A stretch of 64,000 bases of DNA from an uncultured Pseudomonadota bacterium. Its GTDB lineage: Bacteria > Oederibacteriota > Muellerivitia > Muellerivitales > Muellerivitaceae. The position numbers and the translations under genes were made by a program. Positions 9,800-20,086 of the stretch are shown here, one piece after another. Position 1 is the first letter of the stretch, and each line of letters begins with the position of its first letter. The DNA lies in assembly GCA_963770835.1 (NCBI GenBank), contig CAVYRH010000016.1, forward strand, positions 1 through 64,000, in the 5' to 3' direction. The notes below the pieces were generated by a model. It was not told where the DNA came from. It did no database searches and saw nothing but the letters and a program-made list of their open reading frames with translations.

Positions 9800-10903
9800 A
9801 TGAATTTAAACCTAAAAAAAACATTAGCCGTAGATTTGCGCAGATTGACGCTGATTTTAAGAAAAAAAATGATATTCAATGCCTTCGCCCAAAAGCTGGA
9901 ATGTCTTTTTGGATTTTGCCTTTTAAATCTGCGAAAATTTGCGCTGATTTGCGGCCCAACTGCCGTTGTTAGGTTAAATAAACTTTTTACCTTCGCGGTT
10001 TTTTTAGGCACGGTGGGCGTGTTTATTTGGGGATGCCAAACCAGCCAGCCCGTGACGCCCTATAAAAATGTGGCTTTGAGCGTTTCAGTCCCCGCCACCA
10101 ACGAGGTCAAGGCATCCCTCTTGGGCGTCGCCTCCAATGAGCTGCTTTACCGGGTGGACGGCCCCGGCCACAGTTTCTTAACCTCTGGGACGGTCGGCCC
10201 CTTCTCCACCGCCGCCAGCAGCGGATCGATCGATTTCACGGCCAATGTCCCCGCCAAGGATAACTTGGTTCTCTCCATCCAGCTCAATGATGCTTCTTCC
10301 AACCAGCCCCTGGCGGTTGGAGCAACCGGGCTTAACATGTTTTCGGCTCCCGTGACCGATGTGGTCATTGAAATGGGTTCGGTGACGAGGAATTGCTATA
10401 CCTTGAATGTTCCGGGCGGGAGCTTGGGTGGGGCGGTTGGGGAGATTTATACTTTCTCGACGGACAGTTTGTTGACCAACAGTCCTGTACTCGGCGATTT
10501 ACAAGTGAATTTCAATACGGGATCGACGGCGCCTTTAACCATTAGCGGGGGTCCGGTGTCCATCACCGGCGGGGCCCCTTTCCCACCGTTGCCCAACCTC
10601 GCTTACTTGGGCAATGGCAATTTTTTGGATTATGATTACATCCCTCCCGCGTCCGCTTTCCAAACAACTTCGGACCTTGCCAAGGGAGCCCCCATTTCGG
10701 TGAACGACATTTTCTGCCTGAAACTGGTTTCCCTTCCGGTAAACATCGGGGGTGGGCATGCCTGGATACAAGTGACGAACCTTGGGAATGGGGTTTCCAT
10801 TATCGGCCCCTCCTTCCGGTATCGGGTCAATGGAACCTTGCCGTATTTCGCATATGAACAAACATCGGCGGATATTGCCGCTACTTGTAGTACTTCGTGG
10901 TAG
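9800..10903 (+). CDS. Putative lipoprotein (start uncertain)
   Basis: Lipobox-like IWGC followed by a beta-rich domain. Confidence 0.6.
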   Translation: MNLNLKKTLAVDLRRLTLILRKKMIFNAFAQKLECLFGFCLLNLRKFALICGPTAVVRLNKLFTFAVFLGTVGVFIWGCQTSQPVTPYKNVALSVSVPATNEVKASLLGVASNELLYRVDGPGHSFLTSGTVGPFSTAASSGSIDFTANVPAKDNLVLSIQLNDASSNQPLAVGATGLNMFSAPVTDVVIEMGSVTRNCYTLNVPGGSLGGAVGEIYTFSTDSLLTNSPVLGDLQVNFNTGSTAPLTISGGPVSITGGAPFPPLPNLAYLGNGNFLDYDYIPPASAFQTTSDLAKGAPISVNDIFCLKLVSLPVNIGGGHAWIQVTNLGNGVSIIGPSFRYRVNGTLPYFAYEQTSADIAATCSTSW

Positions 10904-10934
10904 GGTAAATCCTCGAAATCCGTGGAGAATATCG

Positions 10935-12176
10935 ATGAGAAGAATTTTTATAAGTTTTTTTATTTTGACCATTTTTTCATGCAGCTTATGGTCGTGTCAA
11001 AAACTTCCGACTTATCCAACAACCGGGCCAACCGATTCGATTTTTTTAATGACGCATGGATTTTTGACTTTATGGGGAGGGATTGGAAGCGGAAACGGCC
11101 AATTAAATTCACCCCAAGGCATTGCGACGGATGAAAACAATAATGTTTATGTTGTAGATAGTAATAATCGCCGCGTTCAAAAATTTGATTCTGATGGAAA
11201 TTTTATTTTGTCTTGGGGAACCAGCGGAGCTGGGAGCGGTCACTTTGCTAGTCCCTGGGGCATCTGCATTGATAACTCGGGAAATGTTTATGTCACCGAC
11301 AATGGAAACAATAATGTCCAGAAGTTTACTGAGAGCGGAAATTTCATTTTGGGATGGGGAACTTATGGTTCGTCCAACGGCCAATTTAATAATGGGCCGT
11401 ATGGCATTGCTAGCGACAGCTCTGGAAATGTTTATGCTGTTGATAGAGAAAACAGACGGGTGCAAAAATTCAATTCTTCAGGAAACTATATAAATCAATG
11501 GAATGGTGGTGGCCTGGGATCGCCATATGTTCAATTTGGTGATCCGGTGGGTATCGCGATAAATCAAAAAAATAACCAAATTTATGTTTCTGATCATTTT
11601 AACAACATAATTTCGGTTTATGGCGCCAACGAAAACTACTTGTTTCAATGGGGTTCTTCTGGAAATGGAAACGGCCAATTCAATTTACTTGTTGGGTTAG
11701 CTATCGATAATCAGACCGGTGACGTTTACGCGTGTGACTATTCGGGGAACAGGGTCGAGGAATTTGATTCAAGCGGCAACTTTATTTTGACTTGGGGAAC
11801 AGCTGGTTCTTTGCCTTCGCAATTTAATGCACCTGAACAAATCTCAGCAAATTCGCTAGATAATGTTTATGTTACTGACTTTGGCAACAACCGGGTTCAA
11901 AAATTTGATCCTGCATACAGCTATATCATTTCCCCAAATCCTGTTGGCACTGGCCAAAATCCTGTTTTCGAATTTAATCTGGTTTCCGCCATCAATTTCA
12001 CCATCGATGTTCAGGACTTGACTCAAGGCAATAATCTTTTTCATTACTCCGCGCAAGGAGTTGTGGGTAATAATCAGGTCCCTTGGAACGTTTCGAATGT
12101 AAGCAATGGTGTTTACCTGGGGACGTTTACATCGGGAAGCACAAAAGTTCAAAATACAATCACGATCGCAAAATGA
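10935..12176 (+). CDS. NHL-repeat beta-propeller lipoprotein with C-terminal FlgD/T9SS-like Ig domain
   Basis: Repeats of GNGQFxxPxGIAxDxxGNVYVxDxxNxRVQKF; SPNP...NGVY tail. Confidence 0.85.
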   Translation: MRRIFISFFILTIFSCSLWSCQKLPTYPTTGPTDSIFLMTHGFLTLWGGIGSGNGQLNSPQGIATDENNNVYVVDSNNRRVQKFDSDGNFILSWGTSGAGSGHFASPWGICIDNSGNVYVTDNGNNNVQKFTESGNFILGWGTYGSSNGQFNNGPYGIASDSSGNVYAVDRENRRVQKFNSSGNYINQWNGGGLGSPYVQFGDPVGIAINQKNNQIYVSDHFNNIISVYGANENYLFQWGSSGNGNGQFNLLVGLAIDNQTGDVYACDYSGNRVEEFDSSGNFILTWGTAGSLPSQFNAPEQISANSLDNVYVTDFGNNRVQKFDPAYSYIISPNPVGTGQNPVFEFNLVSAINFTIDVQDLTQGNNLFHYSAQGVVGNNQVPWNVSNVSNGVYLGTFTSGSTKVQNTITIAK

Positions 12177-13063
12177 AAAGAAACCTAAAGGCTCTAACGG
12201 TTTTAGTTATAGGCATTTGTTTAACAAGGGCCTATGCCGGGCCTGCGTCTTATTTAGATGTTGATTCTGCGGCGAGGCCTTCGGGCATGGGTTCCGCTTT
12301 TGTCGCCATATCCGACGATATTAACGCTCCGCTTTTCAACCCGGCTGGCCTTGCCAATATGGGCTCAACTCAGTTCATGATCGGCGGAACACTGGGGTTT
12401 TTAAATGAGAACCAGTACGACAATTTCTACGGCGCTGCCCAGCAACTTCCTCCGAATGGTTATCTTGGCTTTCATGTCATTCAATACGGTGTAAGTAACC
12501 TAACCTATGCCCCAAGCGCTTCGAATTCCGATTTTCAAGACGCAGAATGGTCTTTTGGCGCTACCTATGCGTATGAATTAGATTATCAAGTCAAAGTTGG
12601 CATCAGCTCTAGTTTTCTGTACCAAGACATTGTGGGGCTCAACGCAAGGGGTTTTGGGGGCGCCGATATTGGCGTAATCGTGGTGCCCTCGTTGCTTTAT
12701 GACATTAACTTAGGCTTCTCCGTAAGGCATATAGGCGGCTTTTTAACCTACGATACGGGAACGACTAATTCCCTAAATCCGGATGTGAGAATTGGCGCAA
12801 GCGACCAGCTTTTCAAACAACAACTAACCATTGCTTACGACGCTGAGTGGCAAACCCAATCAAATTTAAATATCATCCATCACGCAGGGTTGGAATGGCG
12901 GAGCTTTGATTTCCTGACATTGCGGGGAGGATGGGACCAAAACACGCCGACCTTGGGGCTCACCGTCCGTTGGACCAATTACAGTTTGGATTATGCTCTG
13001 CGGTTTCAGGATTACGTCAATCAAGGAAGTTTACAGCGGGTGGCTTTTTCCTATGCCTTGTAA
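12173..13063 (+). CDS. PorV/PorQ-like outer-membrane protein
   Basis: ARPSGMGSAFVAISDDINAPLFNPAGLA N-terminal motif; LTLRGG and LDYA near C-terminus. Confidence 0.8.
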   Translation: MKRNLKALTVLVIGICLTRAYAGPASYLDVDSAARPSGMGSAFVAISDDINAPLFNPAGLANMGSTQFMIGGTLGFLNENQYDNFYGAAQQLPPNGYLGFHVIQYGVSNLTYAPSASNSDFQDAEWSFGATYAYELDYQVKVGISSSFLYQDIVGLNARGFGGADIGVIVVPSLLYDINLGFSVRHIGGFLTYDTGTTNSLNPDVRIGASDQLFKQQLTIAYDAEWQTQSNLNIIHHAGLEWRSFDFLTLRGGWDQNTPTLGLTVRWTNYSLDYALRFQDYVNQGSLQRVAFSYAL

Positions 13064-13076
13064 CCAAATCCAACCC

Positions 13077-14309
13077 ATGTTTTTTCGATCCAAATTGGGT
13101 TCTTTCTTTTTGCTTTTGACGATCTCGCTTTCACTTTACTGCGTTGCACAGGCCCAATCCGATCCGACACCAACCGTGACACCTGAACATGTCGCTGATC
13201 CTGGAAAAGTCCAAAGGGCAATGGAATTCCTTAAGCGGGGAAACGATTATGCCCAAAAGGGGCTTGAGGATAAGGCCCGCGAAATGTGGGGTATTGCTCT
13301 CCGGCTGGACCCCGATTCCTCTGAAATTCGCGAGAAGTTGAATCCTTCAAGTTATTCCGCCGATTCAAACTCGACGGAAGAAAATAAAAATCTCCAAGAA
13401 ACAGACCCCGCCAAGATTGAAAGAGCCAATGAATTTCTTTCAAGAGCCCAAGAAGCATATGATCGAAAAAATTATGACGAAGCAGAAAAATATATGGTTA
13501 TGGCTGAAGCCTTAAATCCCCATGATCCCAAAGTAAAGATGATAAAGTCGGAGATCGTCCTTGAGAATTTTGAGTCCGATCCTGATAGGCCTTTTAACGA
13601 CTTGGTTAAATCCTATTTTAAAGAAGCGGTTGATCATTTTCGTAAAAAGGAATTTGAGGAGGCCTTGCAATCTATCGGGCAGGCTCAAAAATTGGACCCA
13701 AAACAAACTCAAGTTCAAAAATTAAAAGGACTTATCGAGGAAGAGTATTCCAGTATCTTGTATGGCAAAGAAATTGAGCGGGCCAAAAATGAATTGGAGG
13801 TGGGGGATGATGTGATCGCAAAAGAAATTATTGCGAATGTCTTGGCGAAGGACCCCGCTTTCCAAGAAGCGGTTGATCTTCAAAAACAAATGGACCAAGC
13901 GGAAGAAAGGAAAGATGGCGAAAAGGATCAAACCCATTTTAAAAAGGCAAAAAGCGAACAGGGTAAAAGCCAAATACAAGATAAAATCAAGGATTTGGAA
14001 AACGCTGTTGCCAACGGAGAAAAAGAGAAAGCGGCCGCCTGTTTGAAGCAAATCGAAAATATGGATCCCAACTTTCCCAAGTTGGAGTATTGGAAAGAGA
14101 AAATCAATGAGCTTTCCGGCAATGAAGCTTCCGAGTCTTCGGAAGCAAAGGCGGATGAAGCCTATAACATGGGTTTGGAAAGTTATCGAAAAGGTGATCT
14201 CGCCGGGGCCAAGGAGTTTTGGAAAGAAGCCCTTGATTGGGATCCGAGATATGAGCAGGCAAAGCGGAATTTAGACCGTCTCTTTGAAGAACATCCCGAT
14301 TTAAAGTAA
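13077..14309 (+). CDS. Exported tetratricopeptide-repeat protein
   Basis: Signal peptide and several helix pairs ending ALxLDP. Confidence 0.8.
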   Translation: MFFRSKLGSFFLLLTISLSLYCVAQAQSDPTPTVTPEHVADPGKVQRAMEFLKRGNDYAQKGLEDKAREMWGIALRLDPDSSEIREKLNPSSYSADSNSTEENKNLQETDPAKIERANEFLSRAQEAYDRKNYDEAEKYMVMAEALNPHDPKVKMIKSEIVLENFESDPDRPFNDLVKSYFKEAVDHFRKKEFEEALQSIGQAQKLDPKQTQVQKLKGLIEEEYSSILYGKEIERAKNELEVGDDVIAKEIIANVLAKDPAFQEAVDLQKQMDQAEERKDGEKDQTHFKKAKSEQGKSQIQDKIKDLENAVANGEKEKAAACLKQIENMDPNFPKLEYWKEKINELSGNEASESSEAKADEAYNMGLESYRKGDLAGAKEFWKEALDWDPRYEQAKRNLDRLFEEHPDLK

Positions 14310-14387
14310 GATCGCATTCAATGAAATTCACCGACTTCCTCAGCATCTTCGTCGCCATGGACCCCCTGGGGTCCTCCCGGCTTTCAG
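14251..14387 (+). repeat. TPR-end/marC-start junction, copy 1 (degenerate marC start)
   Basis: Homologous to 17299-17449 and 18443-18558. Confidence 0.85.
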
Positions 14388-14561
14388 TCACAAGAACAAA
14401 ATCGTCCTTCGGAATCCACCCCCTCCTCTTAAGTCTTCCCCCTAAAACCACCTAAAAACGCCCTTCGATATTGGATTTCTAAAATCGGACATTTTTTGGT
14501 TATTGACTAAAAATTATTTAAGGGGATAGAAATTAAAAAAAACTATTTCCTGGAGGTTCGT

Positions 14562-16531
14562 ATGTCTCAAGACCTAGTAACCAACCCGCCCCTAATAACC
14601 GTCGTCCCAACTTCGGACCTGGTTATCCCTTCCTGGAATCCCCGAAAAACCATGGTTGAGGAGGAAACGAAAATTTTGACGGCATTCCTAGAAAATGGGG
14701 GCCGGGTTGAGCGGATTTTGGTGTGGAAGGGCAATGGGCAGGCCCCCTGGTCTGTCATTGCCGGCCAAAGGCGGTTGGAAGCCTTCCGGCGCCTAGGGAA
14801 GGACCGGGTTGAAGTCGAAATCCAGGATATCAGCCTGAAAGAGGCTAAACGGCTGGCCCGGTCCACCAACAAAGGGGTGGGCCTGCATTGGTTGGAGGAA
14901 TATGAAAGCTGGGAGGAGGACCTCAACGACCCCCAGTTTAAATCCCAGGGGCAGATTGCCGCCGAAATAGGGGTAGCCCCCATCTGGGTAAGCCGGGCGG
15001 TGAACCTGTTGAAGGTTTTGAACGGGAATTCAAGGCTTATGATCCAACAATCCTTGTTGGAACCCAAGGATGCCGAGGGCGAAGAATTGCCTAAAAACAG
15101 GCCTTCCCAACAAGGCTTGTTGGAGTCTTCGGAAGATGCCGGGTTGACCCCCTCCGGACAACCCAAACGCTGGCAACTGACCGAAGATGTTGCCTTCCGT
15201 TTGACCCGGTTCCTGGCCTCCAAGGTTGAGACCGAGGCCCAAGCCATGGCCGAAATGCCTTGCCGGTCATCCTTTCCCGCCAGCTCAGCGGGCCCCAGGT
15301 GGAGCAATTGGTGGAGTGGGTGAAGGCAGGGAATAAGCCGGAAGATTTTGATCCCCATTTGAAAAAGGGGGAACCAAAGGGGGTATTAGCCTCTGGATTA
15401 AAGCCAACCCGGGTACCCGCCCAGGGGGCCCCTTCAGTACATGCCCAAGCCGGGGCGGCTTTGGCCAATGACAGCAAAGGGCAAAACCAGGCATTGAAGC
15501 CAGGAGGTATGGCCGGGGCATTGGGCGGGTTATTGACGGGCTTGTTTCAGCGGAAAAAGGGGAAAAGACAAGCGGGGTCCGAGCTGGGGGGCACCGTATT
15601 AACCTTCCTGGCCCAGAACTTTAAACGGGTCTTGGGTACCCTTATCCGCCGATGGATCTTTTATGGCCTGGCAGCTATCGGCATTACCCTTCTCTTGAGT
15701 CCGCACCTTTTCGTCTCCCTCTCCCATTTGGCCTTTGGATATGGGGGTTCCCAACCCAAGGCTTCCCAAGGCGCGCACCTGCCACCCGGCCCTCAAGCCG
15801 GGGGGCAGGGATTGGTTGTGCCGACTTCTGGGCTGAGGTCTCAAACCGAAGCCCAAGGTTTGAATGTACCAATTCCTGAGAAACAGGGAATTGGTAACCA
15901 AGGGGTTTCAACTCCGAATTCTCTATCCCCCGAAGCCTTGGCGAAGGGGGACAAACTTCACACTTCGAACTCGGCCCAGGTAGTTCCTCCCTGGGCTAGG
16001 GAAGAGCGCATTTTCGCAGCCGAATTCGGAATCCGCTTTTACGGCGTTAATGCCCAGAATTGGGACGATACCCAAAACTATTTCATCGACCACCTCAGCC
16101 CTACCTACTTGGCCCCTTTCCTTCACCAGTATTTCGGGGCGGATTTCACAAATCAGGTGCGGCATCATAACCTGGCTTATTCCCTCGATGGCGCCCAGTC
16201 CCAGTTCCTGCGGATGAAGGGGGGCTCGGGGATATTCTTGTTCAAGGGCCTGCAAACCAAGGAGGGGGATGGGCAATCCCCCGTAAGCCTACCCGTTGCC
16301 CTGGTCATTCAAATCCAGCACCACCCGGACGGGAATAGCCTGGTGGAAAAGGTAACGGTAGTGAGTAGTGAGGAAGCAGCAGCCCAGGCCGAAAAAACGG
16401 ACATGTCAGCGAAGGGAGAGGACCCGTTAAAGGCCGTTAGTGATAGGGTGAAGGATGTCCAAAGCGCGGTCAACACGGCCGATGAAGCCAAATCGGCTGC
16501 CGATAAGGCAAAAGGGCTGTTTCCGTTTTAG
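14562..16531 (+). pseudogene. ParB N-terminal/HTH protein fused to a membrane-anchored domain, split by a frameshift near 15255
   Basis: NPRK and VIAGQRRLEAF ParB boxes, HTH SQGQIAAEIGV; ORFs 14562-15323 and 15260-16531 join with a 1-nt shift. Confidence 0.7.
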
Positions 16532-16558
16532 GCGCGGGTAGAAAGGGTTAGAATCAGA

Positions 16559-17065
16559 ATGCTTAAAGAGGTTTTGGCCAGAAATGGAAAATGGAGGCCA
16601 GGCACCTTTTTTTTCGTTTGGAATTACCCCTTTGAAATCCATTCCCCAGAACGAACGGCGGATACCTTGGAATTTTTTCGGATGGTTCGTATGGGTTTGT
16701 ATGGGATTTTCTATTCGGTAACGGTGGCCCGTGAAATTCAAGCGACCCGCACCGCGAGAGGTCCGTTGATGATGAAATTAGTCGAGGACACTAAGCCGCA
16801 AAGCCTCGCGTATACCAATGAGGTTCAAGATTTGGCGGATGAATACATTAGGCGGAAAGTATTACCGGAAAAAAGTGAGGCGGATGCTTTGCATGTTGCC
16901 TACTCAACGGTTTATGAAATGGACGCCTTGGTAAGCTGGAATTTCCAGCATTTAGCAAATATGAACCGCCGGAAGCGGGTTATGGAAGTAAATCTTGAAA
17001 AAGGCTATAATTTTCCTGTTGAGTTGGTGACGCCGTTGGAGGTTATGGGCGATGAAAAAGATTAA
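16559..17065 (+). CDS. PIN-domain protein, N-terminus possibly degraded
   Basis: DALHVAYSTVYEMDALVSWNFQHLAN and VTPLEV motifs. Confidence 0.75.
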   Translation: MLKEVLARNGKWRPGTFFFVWNYPFEIHSPERTADTLEFFRMVRMGLYGIFYSVTVAREIQATRTARGPLMMKLVEDTKPQSLAYTNEVQDLADEYIRRKVLPEKSEADALHVAYSTVYEMDALVSWNFQHLANMNRRKRVMEVNLEKGYNFPVELVTPLEVMGDEKD

Positions 17066-17237
17066 ATACAAAGTACCGAAAACCATATTGGAAGTGAGAG
17101 CCGTAAAACGCAAACTTTCCAGGGAGATTGAAAAATTGGGTTGGGAAGGTTTCCACAAGAAGTCTATGGAAATGACCAAGGATTTCATGGAACGCGTTGA
17201 AAAAGCCCGCCAAGAAAAACTGGCCGCAAAGAGATAA
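17052..17237 (+). CDS. Small basic protein, putative antitoxin partner
   Basis: 61 aa, overlaps the PIN gene end, followed by a terminator. Confidence 0.55.
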   Translation: MKKIKYKVPKTILEVRAVKRKLSREIEKLGWEGFHKKSMEMTKDFMERVEKARQEKLAAKR

Positions 17238-17260
17238 TGGTTTTTTTAAAATACGATTGA

Positions 17261-17288
17261 AAAGAAGGCCCCTTTCGGGGCCTTCTTT
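17261..17288. terminator. Intrinsic terminator, potentially bidirectional
   Basis: AAAGAAGGCCCC-TTTC-GGGGCCTTCTTT. Confidence 0.8.
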
Positions 17289-17298
17289 GTTTTCGGGT

Positions 17299-17449
17299 AT
17301 GACCAGGCAAAGCTTAATTTAGATCGTCTCTTGGTAGAACATCCTGAACTAAAGTAAGATAGCTTCCAATGAACTTCACCGACTTCCTCAGCCTCTTCCT
17401 CCCGCTCTTCGTCGCCATGGATCCCCTGGGGATTCTCCCGGCCTTCATC
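17299..17449 (+). repeat. TPR-end/marC-start junction, copy 2 (fragments of both genes)
   Basis: Encodes DQAKLNLDRLLVEHPELK* then MNFTDFLSLFLPLFVAMDPLGILPAFI. Confidence 0.85.
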
Positions 17450-17589
17450 CTGGGCTTGCAGCCTTGGGTGGCCCGCACAGATTCCATTTGAATCTGCACC
17501 GGCAATCTTGCCCTCGACTGGAGGCCTTGGGCGGCCCGCCTTGACGATAGTAAGGTAGTAAGGTATCCTTACTTCCACGGAGGTTTCCC

Positions 17590-17832
17590 ATGCTCGCCAA
17601 ATTAACATCCAAAAACCAAATCACCCTTCCTAAGTCGGCCGTCATGGCCTTCGAGGGGGCGGCCTATTACGATGTGGAAGTCCGCCCCGAAGGCCTGCTG
17701 TTGAGGCCCGCGAAAATTCATGTCGCTTCCCAAGCGCTTGAGGATGCCCGCAAACGGTTTAAACAAAAAGGGTTTAATGAGGACACGATTGCCCAGGCGG
17801 TCCGCTGGGCCCGCAAACACCATAAAGGATGA
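17590..17832 (+). CDS. AbrB/MazE-family antitoxin
   Basis: AKLTSKNQITLPK motif. Confidence 0.85.
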   Translation: MLAKLTSKNQITLPKSAVMAFEGAAYYDVEVRPEGLLLRPAKIHVASQALEDARKRFKQKGFNEDTIAQAVRWARKHHKG

Positions 17833-18248
17833 AGGTCGTCCTCGACACGAATGTGGTCATCTCGGCCCTGCTTCACCGGGGCCCCACCCGCCGTTTCCTG
17901 GAGCTTTGGAGAACCCATAAAATCAAACCCCTGGTGTCCCAGGACATCCTGAATGAGTATGCCCGCGTCCTGCACTACCCAAAATTCGGCTTCAAACCGG
18001 AATCCGCCGCGCAAATCCTGGAGGAAAATATTTTACCTTGGCTGTCAAAAGTTCAGGAGTTCGGGGGAAAACTGGACCACCCCTCCCCGGATAAAGGTGA
18101 TGATTTGTTCCTCCGCGCCGCCTTGGGGGGGAAAGTTGAGGCTTTGGTCAGCGGCGATCCCCATTTAACTACGCTGAATGGGAAATACCCTTTTCCGATA
18201 TTGGCTCCTGGCGCGTTTTTATCCAAATATTTTGGGAGAGGGAAATAA
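17829..18248 (+). CDS. PIN-family toxin (VapC-like)
   Basis: VVLDTNVVISAL, DKGDDLFL, LVSGDPHL; ATGA overlap with the antitoxin. Confidence 0.9.
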   Translation: MKVVLDTNVVISALLHRGPTRRFLELWRTHKIKPLVSQDILNEYARVLHYPKFGFKPESAAQILEENILPWLSKVQEFGGKLDHPSPDKGDDLFLRAALGGKVEALVSGDPHLTTLNGKYPFPILAPGAFLSKYFGRGK

Positions 18249-18311
18249 AGGGATAAAAGGGAACAAACGGCAGCCCATTCTAATCCTTCCTAAAAAAACG
18301 CCGCGCTTTAA

Positions 18312-18341
18312 ATTCGAATTTCGCACCCCCATCGTGGATAA
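18312..18341 (-). repeat. 30-bp site, inverted degenerate copy (TTATCCACGATGGGGGTGCGAAATTCGAAT)
   Basis: Left arm identical to that of the 20087 copy. Confidence 0.6.
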
Positions 18342-18478
18342 AACCTTCCGTCGCTATCCGAATTTTTACCCGCCTATGCTTATCGTTGAGCCTGCCCGCC
18401 GTCGCCATGATGGCTTTCTGCCTCGGATAATGGGTCCACCATGGAAGAACACCCCGACTTAAAGTAAAATGGCTTCCA

Positions 18479-19069
18479 ATGAATTTCACCGACTTCCTCA
18501 GCCTCTTCCTCCCGCTCTTCGTCGCCATGGATCCCTTGGGGATTCTCCCGGCCTTCATTCAAATCACCTCCGAGCTTTCCCCTGAACGCCGGCAAAAAAT
18601 GTTGAACCTCTCCATCGTGACGGCCGGGGCCGTGGGCCTTCTTTTCATCCCCTTGGGCCCCCTGGTCTTGGGCGCGCTGGGGTTGAAGACCGGGGATTTT
18701 CAGGTGGCTGGGGGCCTCTTGGTGTTGGTGATAGGCCTTCGGGATGTGGTTTGGGACCAGAAAATGATGGTGATGAGCGAAGCCTCCGAGGCGACGGGGA
18801 TCGTGCCCTTTGCCATTCCTCTCCTTGTGGGCCCGGCGGTTTTGGCCACCCTCATCCTTTTGAGGAGCCGGTTTTCCATTTTAGAAATCGGAGCCAGCCT
18901 CATTTTGAATCTTTTTTTGGCCTGGATTATTTTCCGCAAGTCCGAGACCCTCTTGAAATGGATGGGCGTGACCGGTTCCCGCGTGATTTCGAAGCTGGCG
19001 GCGCTGCTTTTGGCCGCTTACGCGGTGATGATGATCCGCGTGGGAATCTCATCACTAGGCAAATTTTGA
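18479..19069 (+). CDS. marC: MarC family membrane protein
   Basis: LFVAMDPLG, FQVAGG, VPFAIPLLVGP motifs. Confidence 0.9.
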   Translation: MNFTDFLSLFLPLFVAMDPLGILPAFIQITSELSPERRQKMLNLSIVTAGAVGLLFIPLGPLVLGALGLKTGDFQVAGGLLVLVIGLRDVVWDQKMMVMSEASEATGIVPFAIPLLVGPAVLATLILLRSRFSILEIGASLILNLFLAWIIFRKSETLLKWMGVTGSRVISKLAALLLAAYAVMMIRVGISSLGKF

Positions 19070-19180
19070 ATTATGAATTTTTAATTTTGAATTTTTGAAA
19101 TTTTTGAACCGTTGGTTCAAAAATAATCATTAACTCAAAACTCAACACTCAGAACTCAAAACTTATTTTGGGGGTTTTTA

Positions 19181-20050
19181 GTGAAAGTCCTGCTCGTCTA
19201 TAAAGAAAGCGCCTACCACCAGTACCTTTCCTCAAAACAACTGCTGAAAAACCTCAAAAAGGGAAGCTATTGGAGCGTGGTTTGGGGAAGCCACCAGCGG
19301 CACAACCGGACCCTGGAAGGGGTGCGGATAATCCTCCGGCAACAGGGGCTGGACGCCACCTTGGTCCTGCGCAAACGGGTATACCGGCTGAGGGAAGTGG
19401 ACAAAAAATACGGGCTGGTCATTTCCGTGGGGGGGGATGGAACGCTGTTGGATGCCTCCCACCACGCCAAGGAAACCCCCGTCCTGGGGGTCAATTCCGA
19501 CCCCCGGCGCAGCGTGGCGCGTTTCAGCGGCTGCGATTTGGAAACCTTTCCAAGGGTCCTCAAAAATTATTTGCGGGGAAGGCTGAAACCCGTTTTGGTC
19601 CCCCGGCTTGAGGTTTATTTGAACGGCAAGAAAAGCCGGTGGCTGGTCATGAACGATCTTTTGGTCTGCACCTTAAGCCCGGCCGGGACATCCCGCTATG
19701 TCCTGAAGGCGGGCTCCCGGATGGAGGAGCAGATGTCCAGCGGCATTTGGATCAGCACGGCGGCGGGGTCCACGGCCGCCATTTATTCCGCCGGGGGCCG
19801 CATCCTTCCGGCCGCCTCCCGGAAGTTTCAGTTTGTGGTGCGGGAAGCCTATCAAAAGAAATTCGGCCCGCGCCGCTTATTGAAAGGGGTCTTAGGCTCA
19901 AACCAGTCGCTGGAAGTGGTTTCCCGGATGAAGGAAGGCCGGGTCTTCATCGACGGGGCCAACCTGGAAATCCCCTTCCGCCTCGGGGACCGGCTGAGGG
20001 TCCGACTATCCCGGCATCCGCTGAAGGTCATTGGACTGAAAGACAGTTGA
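19181..20050 (+). CDS. nadK: NAD(+) kinase
   Basis: GGDGTLL, VLGVN, MND, STAAGSTA..SAGG. Confidence 0.85.
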   Translation: MKVLLVYKESAYHQYLSSKQLLKNLKKGSYWSVVWGSHQRHNRTLEGVRIILRQQGLDATLVLRKRVYRLREVDKKYGLVISVGGDGTLLDASHHAKETPVLGVNSDPRRSVARFSGCDLETFPRVLKNYLRGRLKPVLVPRLEVYLNGKKSRWLVMNDLLVCTLSPAGTSRYVLKAGSRMEEQMSSGIWISTAAGSTAAIYSAGGRILPAASRKFQFVVREAYQKKFGPRRLLKGVLGSNQSLEVVSRMKEGRVFIDGANLEIPFRLGDRLRVRLSRHPLKVIGLKDS

Positions 20051-20086
20051 CAGTTCACAGTCGGCGGTTCGCAGTAAAGGCTTTTT

